54,826 nt of DNA from Octopus bimaculoides (GCF_001194135.2 NC_069005.1:29586645-29641470); one strand, 5' to 3'. Counted from the first letter of the stretch, positions 36,236 to 49,154 are shown. The notes: generated by a model from the letters alone, not told the origin. Translations and numbers: made by a program.

Positions 36236-36570
36236 GTACCTTGGGTAAGTATCTTCTAATATAGCCTCGGGCCGACCAAAGCCTTGTGAGTAGATTTCGT
36301 AGACAGAAACTGAAGGAAGTCCATCATGTGTATATGTGTGTGTGTGTGTGTGAGTGTGTGCGCGTGCGTGTGTGTGTTTGTCCCCACCCATTGCTTGACA
36401 ACCGATGTTGGTGTGTTTACATCTCCGTAAGTTAGTGGCAAAAAAAAAAACCCAATAGAATAAGTACTAGGCTTGCTAAGTGTAAGTCTTGGGGTCGATT
36501 TGTTCGACTAAAAGGCAGTGCTCCAGCATGGCCATAGTCAAATGACCAAAACAAGTAAAAAGAAAGAAAA
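36236..36570 (+). mobile_element. Family B SINE, 5' truncated
   Basis: CCTTGGGTAAGTATCTTCT through CCAGCATGGCCATAGTCAAATGAC. Confidence 0.88.
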
Positions 36571-36603
36571 GAATATATATATATATATACATATATACAT
36601 ATA

Positions 36604-36677
<74 letters not shown>

Positions 36678-37393
36678 CTTGCAGATTACTGACACAATTA
36701 ATGATGGTGGAAGTGTACAGGTGAGGATGTCTGTCTGTTTGTCTGTGCCCATGCTGGTGCCAGAGAATCAGATTAGAATATAAACAACTTAACGTTTACC
36801 GGCAGGAAATTAGATTCTTTTATCGCACCATGAAATATTGACAGAGAGTCAGGAGTGGGCGGAGGGGGTGGGCGGGTGTAGCGGATGGCTCTACTCACAT
36901 AATCTTCAAATCTTTCCTCACCTATCTCTTGATCATCATCATCATCATCATCAAAGTCATCCACATCAGTAGCAGCACCCTCCTTCTTTCCTCCTCCTCA
37001 CCATCACACCTTCTACTGCCACTGCTACCTACAACCATCACCACCATGCCTATCATCATCTCATTCACTAATATTCTCACCCACCTCTTCTGCCCCGCCC
37101 ATCTCTATCATATCTATATCTATATCACACCCACATCTACTATTGCCACGCCTACAAATGTCACACCCACTATTGCTATATTCATCTTTATGACTACCAC
37201 CACCATGTCAAACCATAACCACACCTATAGCTGCCACACCCACTTTTATGACAGGCAATGCTTCTATTACACACCCATCATTATCACTGCTGCCTTGCCC
37301 ATCTTTATGACAAACACCATAACCACACCCACCACCACATATAACTATATTCATTAATATATGCAAGACATTGAAGCTTGATTTTTATAGATG

Positions 37394-37454
<61 letters not shown>

Positions 37455-37458
<4 letters not shown>

Positions 37459-37830
37459 CTTGCTTACCAACCACATGGTTCCGGGTTCAGTCCCACTGCA
37501 TGGCACCTTGGGCAAGTGTCTTCTACTATAGCCTCGGGCCGACCAAAGCCTTGTGAGTGGATTTGGTAGACGGAAACTGAAAGAAGCCCGTCGTATATAT
37601 GTGTATGTATATATAGATGTGTGTGTTTGTGTGTCTGTGTTTGTCCTCTGCACCATCGCTTGACAACTGATGCTGGTGTGTTTACGTCCCCATAACCTAG
37701 CGGTTTGGCAAAAGAGACTGATAGAATAAGTACTAGGCTTACAAAGAATAAGTCCTGGGGTCGATTTGCTCGACTAAAGGCGGTGCTCCAGCATGGCCAC
37801 AGTCAAATGATTGAAACAAGTAAATGAGAA
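37455..37830 (+). mobile_element. Family B SINE
   Basis: AGCTTGCTTACCAACCACATGGTTCCGGGTTCAGTCCC through GTCAAATGATTGAAACAAG. Confidence 0.9.
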
Positions 37831-37904
37831 TATATGGGGATGGTTATCTTTTGCCAATTAAACACATGTGCTATTTATCTGATCATCACATTAGTTTTAT
37901 TATT

Positions 37905-38410
37905 ATTGAGTGAGAGAGCAGTGCATGCCATCAAAGTGACACTGGGGTAAAATATATGAAGCCCATTATACCCATCATGACTACCTGTCTGATAAGGGTA
38001 CACCAGGTACATGCATCACAACCATATGTGCATGACATTGTGATCTCATACTGAGATAAACAGTGCATGACCTTGCAGGTGGGGTCCAGTTAGAATTTTC
38101 TTCAGGTTGAGTAGCCCATCTTGCTCAAAAGATCCCTGAATAAGGGTTGTTTAAGGATGTTGAATGAAACACAAATGTTTCCTGAGGTGAATTATTCAAA
38201 CCCCAAAGAATTCCTCTCAACACATGGCTAATATGCTCCCCCACTACTTCTGTTCATGATCTGATATGCACATATTGTCAGCCACTAAGGGACATGCTCA
38301 ACTGGTTAAGGTCAAGCATCTGACAAGCAAACATCTGTAGTATTGAGCAGAATATTTGCTGTAGACCATCTTTCATACCAAGACAAAACAATGTACATGA
38401 TAACACTTCC
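37905..38410 (-). mobile_element. Retroposon-like interspersed repeat, class unresolved
   Basis: The minus strand ends CACTGCTCTCTCACTCAATAATAATAA (TAA tail). I recall this as a high-copy octopus repeat, but only one copy is present here. Confidence 0.45.
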
Positions 38411-39269
38411 TGAGAAAAGTGATTTTAAAAAACACAATCGAAAAATATTCAAGATTTAAAATTTTGTCGGAGTGAGGGAGAGGGGGAGGCGAAATTTATA
38501 AATNNNNNNNNNNNNNNNNNNNNNNNNNNNNNNNNNNNNNNNNNNNNNNNNNNNNNNNNNNNNNNNNNNNNNNNNNNNNNNNNNNNNNNNNNNNNNNNNN
38601 NNNNNNNNNNNNNNNNNNNNNNNNNNNNNNNNNNNNNNNNNNNNNNNNNNNNNNNNNNNNNNNNNNNNNNNNNNNNNNNNNNNNNNNNNNNNNNNNNNNN
38701 NNNNNNNNNNNNNNNNNNNNNNNNNNNNNNNNNNNNNNNNNNNNNNNNNNNNNNNNNNNNNNNNNNNNNNNNNNNNNNNNNNNNNNNNNNNNNNNNNNNN
38801 NNNNNNNNNNNNNNNNNNNNNNNNNNNNNNNNNNNNNNNNNNNNNNNNNNNNNNNNNNNNNNNNNNNNNNNNNNNNNNNNNNNNNNNNNNNNNNNNNNNN
38901 NNNNNNNNNNNNNNNNNNNNNNNNNNNNNNNNNNNNNNNNNNNNNNNNNNNNNNNNNNNNNNNNNNNNNNNNNNNNNNNNNNNNNNNNNNNNNNNNNNNN
39001 NNNNNNNNNNNNNNNNNNNNNNNNNNNNNNNNNNNNNNNNNNNNNNNNNNNNNNNNNNNNNNNNNNNNNNNNNNNNNNNNNNNNNNNNNNNNNNNNNNNN
39101 NNNNNNNNNNNNNNNNNNNNNNNTGATACCATGCCGGATACTGTAACCCTCCTCCCTGTATTGTGTGAATAAGCCGTGTTTTTGAAGTTGGTTAATTTAC
39201 ATACGGTGTGGTTAAAATTACTTTCGTCCTTTGCCATTTTATTTGGGTTAATAAAGACTTACTTTACTA

Positions 39270-39475
39270 TACTTTACTCGTTTCAGTCATTTGACTGCGG
39301 CCATGCTGGAGCACCACCTTTAGTCGAATCAAATCGACTCCAGGACTTATTCTTTGTAAGCCTAGTACTTATTCTATCGGTCTGTTTTGCCCAACCGCTA
39401 AGTTACGGGGACGTAAACACACCAGCATCGGTTGTCAAGAGATGTTGGGGAGACAAACACAAACACACAAACATA
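39270..39475 (-). mobile_element. Family B SINE 3' half
   Basis: TTTCAGTCATTTGACTGCGGCCATGCTGGAGCACC...GACAAACACAAACACAC. Confidence 0.88.
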
Positions 39476-39477
39476 CT

Positions 39478-40420
39478 GGCTGGTTTGGTTATGGGATGTG
39501 AACAGACGAGGACAGGTGCAGATCACTTGAAGTGGATGGAAGTTGTGGAAGAGGGAGACCTAGGAAGATATGGGACAAGGTACTGAAGGCTGATCTCAAA
39601 ATGCTGAGCCTTACACAGGAGATGACAGAGAAGTGAGATGAGTGGCACATTGCTGTACTTGGGAAGACCTGCCTACTGCAGCAGAATGGAGATCCTAAGA
39701 CCAAGGTGCCGTGTAATAAGCATTGGTGTGGGTGCTGGTGCCATGTAAAAAGCACTGGTGCTGGTGCCACATGAGAAGCATTAATGCTGGTGCCATGTAA
39801 AATGCACTGGCGATGGTGCCACATGAAAAGCATTAATGCTGGTGCCATGTAAAATGCACTGGTGANNNNNNNNNNNNNNNNNNNNNNNNNNNNNNNNNNN
39901 NNNNNNNNNNNNNNNNNNNNNNNNNNNNNNNNNNNNNNNNNNNNNNNNNNNNNNNNNNNNNNNNNNNNNNNNNNNNNNNNNNNNNNNNNNNNNNNNNNNN
40001 NNNNNNNNNNNNNNNNNNNNNNNNNNNNNNNNNNNNNNNNNNNNGGTGCCATGTAAAATGCACTGGTGGTGGTGCCACATGAAAAGCATTAATGCTGGTG
40101 CCATGTAAAATGCACTGGCGATGGTGCCACATGAAAAGCATTAATGCTGGTGCCATGTAAAATGCACTGGCGATGGTGCCACATGAAAAGCATTAATGCT
40201 GGTGCCATGTAAAATGCACTGGTGATGGTGCCAGGGGTAAAAAAAGAAAACAGTATACACTGTTGAGTGGTTGGTGTTAGGAAGGGCATCCAGCCATAGA
40301 AACCAAGCCAAAACAGACTATAGAACCTGGTGTGACCCCTGGCCTTGCCAGTTTTTGTCAAGCCATCCAATTCATTCCAGCATGGAAAAGAAATGCTAAA
40401 TGTTGTTGATGATGATGATG
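39478..40420 (+). mobile_element. 5'-truncated RTE LINE: ORF end plus 3' UTR with internal tandem expansion
   Basis: Degenerate ...SLEVDGSCGRGRPRKIWDKVLKADLKMLSLTQEMTE..., then the 52 bp array, then the AGGAAGGGCATCCAGCC tail ending in (TGA)n. Confidence 0.88.
39725..40232. repeat. 52 bp minisatellite (two related ~26 bp halves) spanning a gap
   Basis: Unit GGTGCCATGTAAAATGCACTGGCGATGGTGCCACATGAAAAGCATTAATGCT. ORF starts 40104 and 40156 are offset by 52. Confidence 0.95.
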
Positions 40421-40933
40421 GAATTTGAGAAAATTTTTTATAAACCATTTAAAAAAAAAAAAGACAGAAAAGTGTAAGAATTATTTTGAAGAATTTTATT
40501 TTTATAAAAACCAACATACAAAAATTGCAAATAAGTATAATAATAATTTACAAGATTATCAATGATTTTAGAGACATTTTTTTTCATCTTTTTTTTGCTG
40601 TTTTCACAATTCATTTTTTCCAAGTCCAATCATTATTATTTTTTTTGTTTTGTTTATATTTAATTTTTTTTTTAAATATTTTAAACTTTCCTTGCATCGG
40701 TTTTACAGTTTAGTGAGCTTTATTTGTTTTGATTAGCATTCATTTTGAATAACTCATGCTCTCTTTCTTTCTCTCTCTCTCACTCACATACATAGGTATG
40801 CTTTCACTCTCTCTTTCTGTCTGTTCCTCTATCTCCTCACAGCTCTAAACAGAGACGCACACAAGACTAACTTAATGGTGGCCTTACAGCTACAAGTTGA
40901 ATGTCACCTCCTCCTTTTATTATTTGTGTTCAG

Positions 40934-40992
40934 TTTGTTGATTGTATGGTTACATTCAGCCTCATCAATGTTAGAGTCCAAACCACCCGCAG
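40934..40992 (+). other. Candidate 59 nt exon
   Basis: CCTTTTATTATTTGTGTTCAG|TTTGTTG...CCACCCGCAG|GTAACC. Two frames are open (FVDCMVTFSLINVRVQTTR or LLIVWLHSASSMLESKPPA). No homology recognised. Confidence 0.22.
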
Positions 40993-41024
40993 GTAACCCA
41001 GAACTTGTGGGTTTCAGTTTAAAA

Positions 41025-41034
41025 TAGATAGATG

Positions 41035-41075
<41 letters not shown>

Positions 41076-41600
41076 ACAAAGAACAAGACAGATGGAGATA
41101 TAGAAATAGAGAGAACTAGAGAGGTTGATATAGATACATACATACATAGGCAGATAGATATATAGAGACACTTAGATAGATAGATAGATATATAGACAGA
41201 AACACTTAAATAGATAGATAGATAGATAAATAGATAAATAGACAAGAGAGGTAGACAAAGATGGTGGGGAGAAAGATAGATTGATAAACTCACAGATGAT
41301 AGATTGATTGATAGATAAACATATAGACAGATAGATAAATAGAAAGATAGACAGAGATGTGGGGGAAGAAAGACAGATTGATAGACACACAGATAGAGAG
41401 AGAGAGGGAGAGAGAGAGAGACTGACAAAGAGTTAGACTGATAAATAGATAGACAGACAGAGAGATTGAGATGTAATTTAATTGATAGATAAACATAGGA
41501 ATAGATAGATATACTGACAGACAGATAGACAAAGAGAAAGGGAGAGAAAGACATACAGATAGAAAAAAGGCAGACAGATAGACAAACAGATAAGCAGACA
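41025..41600. repeat. Degenerate (GATA)n/(GACA)n/(GA)n tract
   Basis: Direct reading. Source of the LSIYLS-type ORFs. Confidence 0.92.
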
Positions 41601-41874
41601 AGTAGGGAAGGGTACACCTGTATGGACTGGTTTTGGAAAAGAGTGTTTGTGCAAGAACAAACCGTTTGTGACATTGGTGTTGTGTGCAGAACCACTTGAT
41701 GTCAACTGTGATCTCTGCTTCTATGAAATGCAGTGCTGGAAGAGAGCTTAAATTATTTAACCTATCAAGGAATCTCCTCAACGAATCATCAAATTGTTCA
41801 AATAATCACATATTTTCAACACTCAATCGTGTGCATCTGAGATAATGGTCTCAACAAATTTCAGTTCAGATAAC

Positions 41875-41912
<38 letters not shown>

Positions 41913-41949
41913 TGATAATAATAATAATAATGATAATGCTAATAATAAT

Positions 41950-42168
41950 GATTTCAAATTTTGGCACAAGGCCAGCAATTTCAGAGGATGGGATAAGTCG
42001 ATTACATTGACCCCCCCCAGTGCATAACTGGTACTTATTTTATCAACCGTGAAAGGATGAAAGGCAAAGTCGACCCCGGCGGGATTTGAACTCAGAACGT
42101 GAAGACGGACTAAACGCCGCTAAGCATTTCGCCCGGTGTGCTAACGATTCTGCCAGCTCGCCGCCTTA
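41950..42168 (-). mobile_element. Family A SINE, CpG-retaining copy flanked by (TAA)n
   Basis: Complete reverse-complement copy ending CTGCCAGCTCGCCGCCTT. Confidence 0.92.
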
Positions 42169-42195
42169 AAAACGTAATTTAATTCCCAAGCAAGG

Positions 42196-42226
<31 letters not shown>

Positions 42227-43324
42227 TAATAATAATAATAATAGTAATAATAATAATAATAATAAAAAGCTATAAAAAAAGGGTAACGTTTTCAGGAATT
42301 TTGAGTTTCATATCCAAAAGGGAGAAAAAAGTAAACATAGTTATAACAAAAAAATAATAATAAATATTAACATTAACAATAAAATCACGACAAAATGTCA
42401 TGGTTTTTTTTGTTTTGTTCCAACATTTTTTTTTGTTGAAGCTTTTTTTTAAAAATCTTAGTGGGTTGAGGTGCATTTTAATGGATGGCTTAACATGTTA
42501 AAGCAGCAGTTTTTGAAATAGTTGGTTTTTTTTTTTTTTGAAAAGGGTTAATAATGTTTGGTTGAAAGAAAGAAGAGAAAAAAGAAAGGAGGGAAGGAAA
42601 GAAAGAAGGAAGGTAATCAAGGTACCACTGCCTTCTAGAATTTTCAGTTTTGCAGGCAATGAAATAGTTTGTATAGGACTTCCAATATACAATTGTCGTT
42701 AGAAGGTTAACGAAGAAATTAGAGATTTTTAAGATGGCACATTCATTGAAACAATTTTTTTGTTATTTAAAAATAAATTAAAGAATAATAATCGTCATCT
42801 TTTTTTTTTCCATTTTTTTTGTTGCAAATTTTTCTTTGTTTTAACAATATTTTTCAAAAATATTAAAAAAAATATAAATAAAATAAAAAATATATATAAT
42901 TGATATTAAGGAGAAAAAAAATGCTTTTTTTTTCAAATATATTTAAATTGAATATTTTTTTTGTCCTTTGGAACTAAAAAGAAAATTGGTCCTTTTAGAA
43001 TTTTTTGTGATTTTAAAAAATATTTTATTGATAATATAACAAAAAAATAATCAAGGATTTCTTCTGGAGAAAAAAAAAATATAAATTATCTTTGATAATA
43101 AATTTTATTAAAAAAATGCAAAAAAAAAACTTATTGATAATTATAAAACGCAAGAAACGCTGTCAACGACATTCAGAGAAATTATACTTTTAGTTATCAA
43201 AGATTTCATTAATTGGAATAAGAGAAAAAAAGACAGGAGAAAGATTGGCTTCGAATCTCTAGAATATGACAAATTTGATTATCATCACTATCAATATTAT
43301 CATCATCATCATTAGTATTATAAT

Positions 43325-43480
43325 TAAGGCCGTGAGCTGGTAGAATTGATAGCAGACTGGACATGTTTAGCAAGAATTTCATCTGGCTCTACATTCTGAG
43401 TTCAAATGCCGCCAAGGTCAACTTTGCCTTTCATCCTTTTGGGGCAGATAAAATAAGTTGCAATAGAGCAGTTGATGTAA
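43325..43480 (+). mobile_element. Family A SINE, degenerate
   Basis: AAGGCCGTGAGCTGGTAGAATTG...GGTCAACTTTGCCTTTCATCCTTTTGGGG. Confidence 0.75.
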
Positions 43481-43607
43481 TTATAGTCATATGCACAGAA
43501 AAAAAGAAGAAGAGATTTTAACGATCATAATTGTTACTATAAAATTCATTATTATTAGTATTAGCTAAATTTTGTTTAAGGTTAATAATTATACTCAATA
43601 AGTATAG

Positions 43608-43790
43608 ATGCAGGAGTGGCTGTGTGGTAAATAGCTTGCTTACCAACCACATGGTTCTGAGTTCAGTCCCACTGAACGGCAAATATTTTTTAGGGGTTCC
43701 CTTAAAATACTATGGTGGATCCTCGATTTATTATTTTGTTGCATGGATCCCACCAAAAGTCTTCTATGGAACCCTGGTTGAGAACCATTG
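43608..43790 (+). mobile_element. Family B head fused to a hAT-like remnant
   Basis: GCAGGAGTGGCTGTGTGGTAA...CAGTCCCACTG, then sequence ending CCCTGGTTGAGAACCATTG. Confidence 0.6.
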
Positions 43791-44784
43791 ATTCAAACGA
43801 AAGAAAAGCATAGTGTTTGAATAGAAATATGGTAACAAAGGGTTGACCTAAGATGGCTGAGGAAATTTTTAAAAAAGGGGCAAAATCTAACTTAACTGGG
43901 ATTTGAACTCAGAATGTAGAATGATGAAACTAAATGCTACAAGCCATTTATTTAGACTGTAGTCCAATGGTATACAATTTCTACCAACTCAGCGTCATTA
44001 TGGCAAATATGGCTTGAGTGAAGGGGTTTACTCTATGTGTGCACCTTGCAGGCCTGGAGGATGCAGTTGAGAGGGGGCAGCTGCTCTTGGTTAGAAGAGT
44101 AATTCAATCATGGAAAAACAACCACATAAAGGATGAGAAAATAAAACATTCCCCCCATAGGGGACAGTCACCTGTGTAATACTGGAAACCTTAACAGATC
44201 TCTGTTAGGGGTTTCCAGTTTCCCACCACCCCAACCCCAGCAGGTGACCATCCTCTATGCGGAATGTTTTACTTCCTTATCTTTTACGTGTTTGTTTCCA
44301 TACTTAATTTTTCATTTCTAAGTAAAGTCAAACATTTTTTTTAATGTTTTTTGAATGTTCTCCCACCTCAACCTTACAACAAATAAAAGAAATTATTATT
44401 ATTATTATTATTATTATTATTGTAAAAAAAATGTAAGGGTAGAGAGAGAAGTGCTGCCTCCCAGCAATTTTGCTGAAAGGTGGGGGTCAATGTGACAAGA
44501 ATGGTACAAGGGATCAGAGGCCTACTCTAAGCATGCACTTGCTGATGTAGGGAGAGCACTTGCCCTAGTGGTCAGGGACTCCCAGATTTTCTGGGGGTCT
44601 CCATGGACAGCCCTGGGTAGCCTCCCTCTTTTGGGGAATTATTCTTTGTTAAAATTTAATTTTTTACTTTTTACAAACTGCTTTATGCAACCCCACATTG
44701 TATTGTCCTGTACTGCCCCCAACATTTTTTGAGAACCATTAGCGGTTAACAAACATTGTTAACATTATTATTATTATTATTATG

Positions 44785-45110
44785 AGTGAGCATGGCCTAG
44801 TGGTTAGTCTCGTGTGTGTGGGCCTAACCACTAATCACATGATCATGAGTGCAGCCAGTGAGTTGCACTCACAATAATGAGATTGCAGGTTCAATTCCTA
44901 GACTGGGATATATAGTGTGTTGCTGAGCAAATCGCTTCATCTTGTTTTGCTCTGTGAGCACTCCAACATCTGGCTTGTGGCACACTTGTACACCTGCGCA
45001 GGTAACGTCAACTTGATGCAGGGAATGAGCTAATGTACAGCATAAACATCTGATCACTATAGACAAATTTTCTGTGCAGGTTGTTTAGTACCAAACACCA
45101 TGGCTTCACT
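44785..45110 (+). mobile_element. Degenerate tRNA-headed SINE
   Basis: GCATGGCCTAGTGGTTAG A box, GGTTCAATTCC B box, and a CORE-like GTGTTGCTGAGCAAATCGCTTCATC segment. Confidence 0.55.
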
Positions 45111-45242
45111 CAAGTGATGACAACTATGGAACATAAATACACACACACACACATATTCATGCATGCAAATAAATATGCACACACACACACACTAAGAAAG
45201 GCATAAAGTTCCACCTAAAAGCAGATGTGCACTTACATGCAA

Positions 45243-45288
<46 letters not shown>

Positions 45289-45294
45289 ATACAT

Positions 45295-45685
45295 GTTGTT
45301 GGCACTCCGTCGCTTATGACGTCGAGGGTTCCAGTTGATCCGATCAACGGAACAGCCTGCTCGTGAAATTAACGTGCAAGTGGCTGAGCACTCCACAGAC
45401 ACGTGTACCCTTAACGTAGTTCTCGGGGGATATTCAGCGTGACACAGAGTGTGACAAGGCTGACCCTTTGAATTACAGGCACAACAGAAACAGGAAGTAA
45501 GAGTGAGAGAAAGTTGTGGTGGAAGAGTACAGCAGGGTTCGCCACCATCCCCTACTGGAGCCTCATGGAGCTTTAAGTAGGTGTTTTCGCTCAATAAACA
45601 CTCACAATGCCCGGTCTGGGAATTGAAACCGCGATCCTATGACCGCGAGTCCACTGCCCTAACCACTGGGCCATTGCGCCTCCAT
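45295..45685 (-). mobile_element. tRNA-headed SINE (family C, long variant)
   Basis: Collinear with 33312-33695. Confidence 0.9.
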
Positions 45686-45720
45686 TATACATACATGTAT
45701 ACAAATGAATACACACACGC

Positions 45721-45761
<41 letters not shown>

Positions 45762-46524
45762 AGCAAACTCGAACACTCAGGGCTGCAAATTGAAATGTTA
45801 CATTTTAAAGTACTAACCAATAATTTTGACTTCTCAAAATAATATTTGTCTTTTTGTAAAGGAATGCATAAAAAAATATGTCCAACAATTCATATCAGTT
45901 TAAACATTAATTTTTGAGGGGAGGAGTTTTATTCAGTGGAGGAAGGGCAGCATTCATGGCCCTATTTTTTTCGGGGTCTCCAAGACTTGTAGAGGCATGA
46001 AAGAAGAACTGATAACCAACAGGGTTACTCTTAGAACGAAGATCAGGTCTGAATGCTTACTTACAAGTTGGAATCTGCTAAAGGGGGTCTCAGGATAAGA
46101 TGACGGCATCAAACCCAACAAGGGATTACATCTATGACGTCGACATTAGAATACCAAAAACCCTCTAATCCCTTTATATCCCAAAATTGCCCTTATTTAC
46201 TATATTTTAATGTCAATCATTGTGCCCTTCCCTTGTACAACTCCTCTGTTTGACTGGTAGCAATGATGCTGAAATGGACTAATGATTAAACATTAGCTGA
46301 TTGATCCTGTCTGTATGTGGAGACCTTACAGTGATGTGGTGGTGGTGGTGGGGTAAGGGTGCTGTAAAGTTGTCAAGAGGAAGGCCCTGAAATGGTGCAC
46401 ATTCTCTCTTAATGACCCCCAGAAACTGACTGGGTTCTCATATGTGAAGTTTTCAATTGATTGCACTTGCACACACAAGGAGTTTCCAAGTTTCTATCCA
46501 CTTTAAAGGGACCTTAACAAAAGA

Positions 46525-46525
46525 T

Positions 46526-46558
<33 letters not shown>

Positions 46559-46947
46559 GCACAAACATATATACATATGTATATATATATATATATATAT
46601 ATGCATATGTAGATATGTGCATACGTATATATATGCATATGTACATATGTATATATATATATGCATATGTACACACGTATATATATATATGCATATGTAC
46701 ACACGTATATATATATATGCATATGTACATACATATATACATGCATACATATGTAGATACATGCATATGTATACATATGTAGATACATGCATATGTATAC
46801 ATACGTACATATATACATGTGTACATATGTACATATATACATGTGTACATATGTACATTTATACATGTGTACATATGTACATTTATACATGTGTACATCT
46901 GTACATACATACATACATACATGTGTACATATGTACATACACACACA

Positions 46948-46978
<31 letters not shown>

Positions 46979-46988
46979 NNNNNNNNNN

Positions 46989-47057
<69 letters not shown>

Positions 47058-47090
47058 TATGTATTTATACATATGTATATATATATATTC
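46525..47090. repeat. Alternating purine-pyrimidine satellite, (TA)n grading into ~24 bp TATACATGTGTACATATGTACA(T/A)T units
   Basis: Direct reading. Shows as an 8-aa periodicity (YTCINVHM) in the ORF track. Confidence 0.9.
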
Positions 47091-48574
47091 AAGTAAATGG
47101 TGGTGATGGAGGGTCACAATTGGCACTGCGAAAAGAAAAGAAAAAAAAACCCTTAATTCTCAGAAGATATAATTAAAAAAAAAAACATGATATTATGGTT
47201 TTCAACAGAATTACAATCAAACCACACAACATGGTTTGTTTTAACAGTTGGCTACTCAAAATATTTACAATATTTTGTATCATTGCAGTTAATTTTCTGC
47301 AGCAAATAATTTTCATTCAGTTATTTTCGGTTATACATGAAAAGTATAGAGAACTGCTGGCAATAGCTTCTTCTGTAATAGGTGGGTTTACACAAAAATT
47401 GCAACATTATTTTTTTTTTTTTCCCCCATTTTTGGCACAGGTTAACAAACACTAGTCATCCACTCACTCAAAAATGTTTCTCTCCTCCATTTTTTTTTTA
47501 CTTCTGTTTCATCTTGCACCAAGATTTTTTTTTTTTCAATTACATATCCAAGTTTTCTCTTAGCATAGGTTCCAGTCACAGAACCCCCCACCCCCCAGAA
47601 AAAAACAGGAGAAACAAAAAAACACAGACTTTAGAGCCTGAAAAGGGTCAAAGATTTAACAGCAAAAATAGAGACACTTTAGAATCTAAACCGATTGGCA
47701 CAAGTGACATTTTTGAACTTCACATATTTAGATTTACAAACAAGATAAAAAAAAGAAGTGCTTGATACATCAGGGAGTTCATCATCCTATACTCAGGCGT
47801 TAGGCTTCCAAGAACAGAACCTTTAAAAAAACTCAGAGTAACAATGAAGAGAAGCCTTTTTTCCAAAAATATATACAAAGGTTAACACAACTGAACTGCA
47901 AAAACAGAGGTTTTATACACTATTTGATGTCCAGCAAAGGTAACAGGAGTCAGCTTTTCAAGAACTTATTTCACAGTTAAATAATTTTGAGAAGTTTTTA
48001 TTCTGTTCAGAATACCACTTCTGAGATTAGTTAACGTGAAGAATTAATGATAATCTCTTAATCCAGGAGATAAAGAGCTGATGTTTTTGATTTCTTTTCC
48101 ATACCCCATTTCAGACTCTGTTAGTAAACCCTTGTATTTATTTGGTTGTCAGATAAATTCATTTATTTTCTTCCATTTATTTCGATCCTTTATTTGAATA
48201 AACATGGAAAATATTTTTATTGTGGTGTTTCTCGATATTTCGTAGCTTCATTCCTCCTCTACAACTTTTGTTCATTATGTTTGGAATTTGAATAAATTTT
48301 ACCTCTTTTCACATGTATGACAATGGAGTGTCAAGTAGGAGAAAAAAAAAGCCAAAAAAACTAACTAATTTATCTGATAACCCAACAGTTTAATGTGCTA
48401 AGAGATCTAGGGCTTCCATTTAGGTTACATTTTTAAAAACCCTTTGAATACTAACCTGTCTCAAATCACCTCCAAAGTTACCCAAAGAAACATAAGTAAT
48501 GTTCCAAATGTGTGAAAACCCACACAATCCATGATTCAAGCCCTGTGACTCATAAGGCCAGAGCTTAATCTGGT

Positions 48575-48825
48575 GGCATATAATTGACTGAGATCGCAGC
48601 ACTCTCCATCCCTGGAGAGGATGCTAGTCCATCACAGGTTTAACTTCCCAGTGATTGCTGGAACTCATTTCTACAGTTGAGTGGACAGGAGCAATGTGAA
48701 ATGAAGTGTTTTGCTCAAGAACACAATGCACTGCCCAGTGCAAGAACTGAAACCATGATCTTACAATGAGAGCAACACCCTTAACCACATGTCTTCACAC
48801 ACAACCCATGCAAGCACGGAAAAAC
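48575..48825 (-). mobile_element. Degenerate tRNA-headed SINE
   Basis: GAAATGAAGTGTTTTGCTCAAGAACACAATGC...CCCTTAACCAC resembles the reverse-complement head/CORE region of family C. Confidence 0.55.
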
Positions 48826-48889
48826 AGATATAACGTGACAACGATGGTGATGATGATGCTGATTAACAATACTAGCAAGAGACGTATTG

Positions 48890-49095
48890 GTTTCAAATTT
48901 TGGCACAAGGCCAGCAATTCTAGTAGAAGGGGTAAGTTGGTTACATTAACTCCAGTATTCAACTGGTACTTTCTTTTATTGACCCTGAAGGGACTTAAAA
49001 ACAAATTTGACCTCAGTGGAATTTGAACTCAGAACGTGAAGATGTATGAAATGCTGCTAAGCATTTTACCTGGCATGCTAACAATTCTGACATCC
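48890..49095 (-). mobile_element. Family A SINE
   Basis: TTTCAAATTTTGGCACAAGGCCAGC...GGAATTTGAACTCAGAACG...GCTAAGCATTT. Confidence 0.85.
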
Positions 49096-49154
49096 CATCA
49101 CATTAGCAACAGATTAGTGAATAATCTTATATACAAGACGTGAACTGTGTTTGT

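Noticed and set aside
36773-36964. Acidic ORF DDDDQEIGEERFEDY ending at a GTGAGT donor, next to two GGGCGG boxes
   Set aside because: The acidic run is a (GAT)n repeat, there is an in-frame stop just upstream, and no acceptor was found. Isolated GC boxes are not enough to call a promoter.
41290-41860. ORFs 41290..41781 and 41478..41705 with a unique N-terminal part
   Set aside because: Most of their length is (GATA)n translation. The unique part has no recognisable domain and weak splice sites.
42290-43200. Extremely AT-rich block with many A/T homopolymers
   Set aside because: It has no periodicity, repeat ends or ORF. It could be UTR or intron, but nothing specific can be supported.
14262-47176. 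Poly-CV/YI/HT/T/P/G ORFs
   Set aside because: These are translations of (CA)n, (TA)n, (ACC)n and (GATA)n repeats. They are open in several frames and on both strands, with no coding signal.
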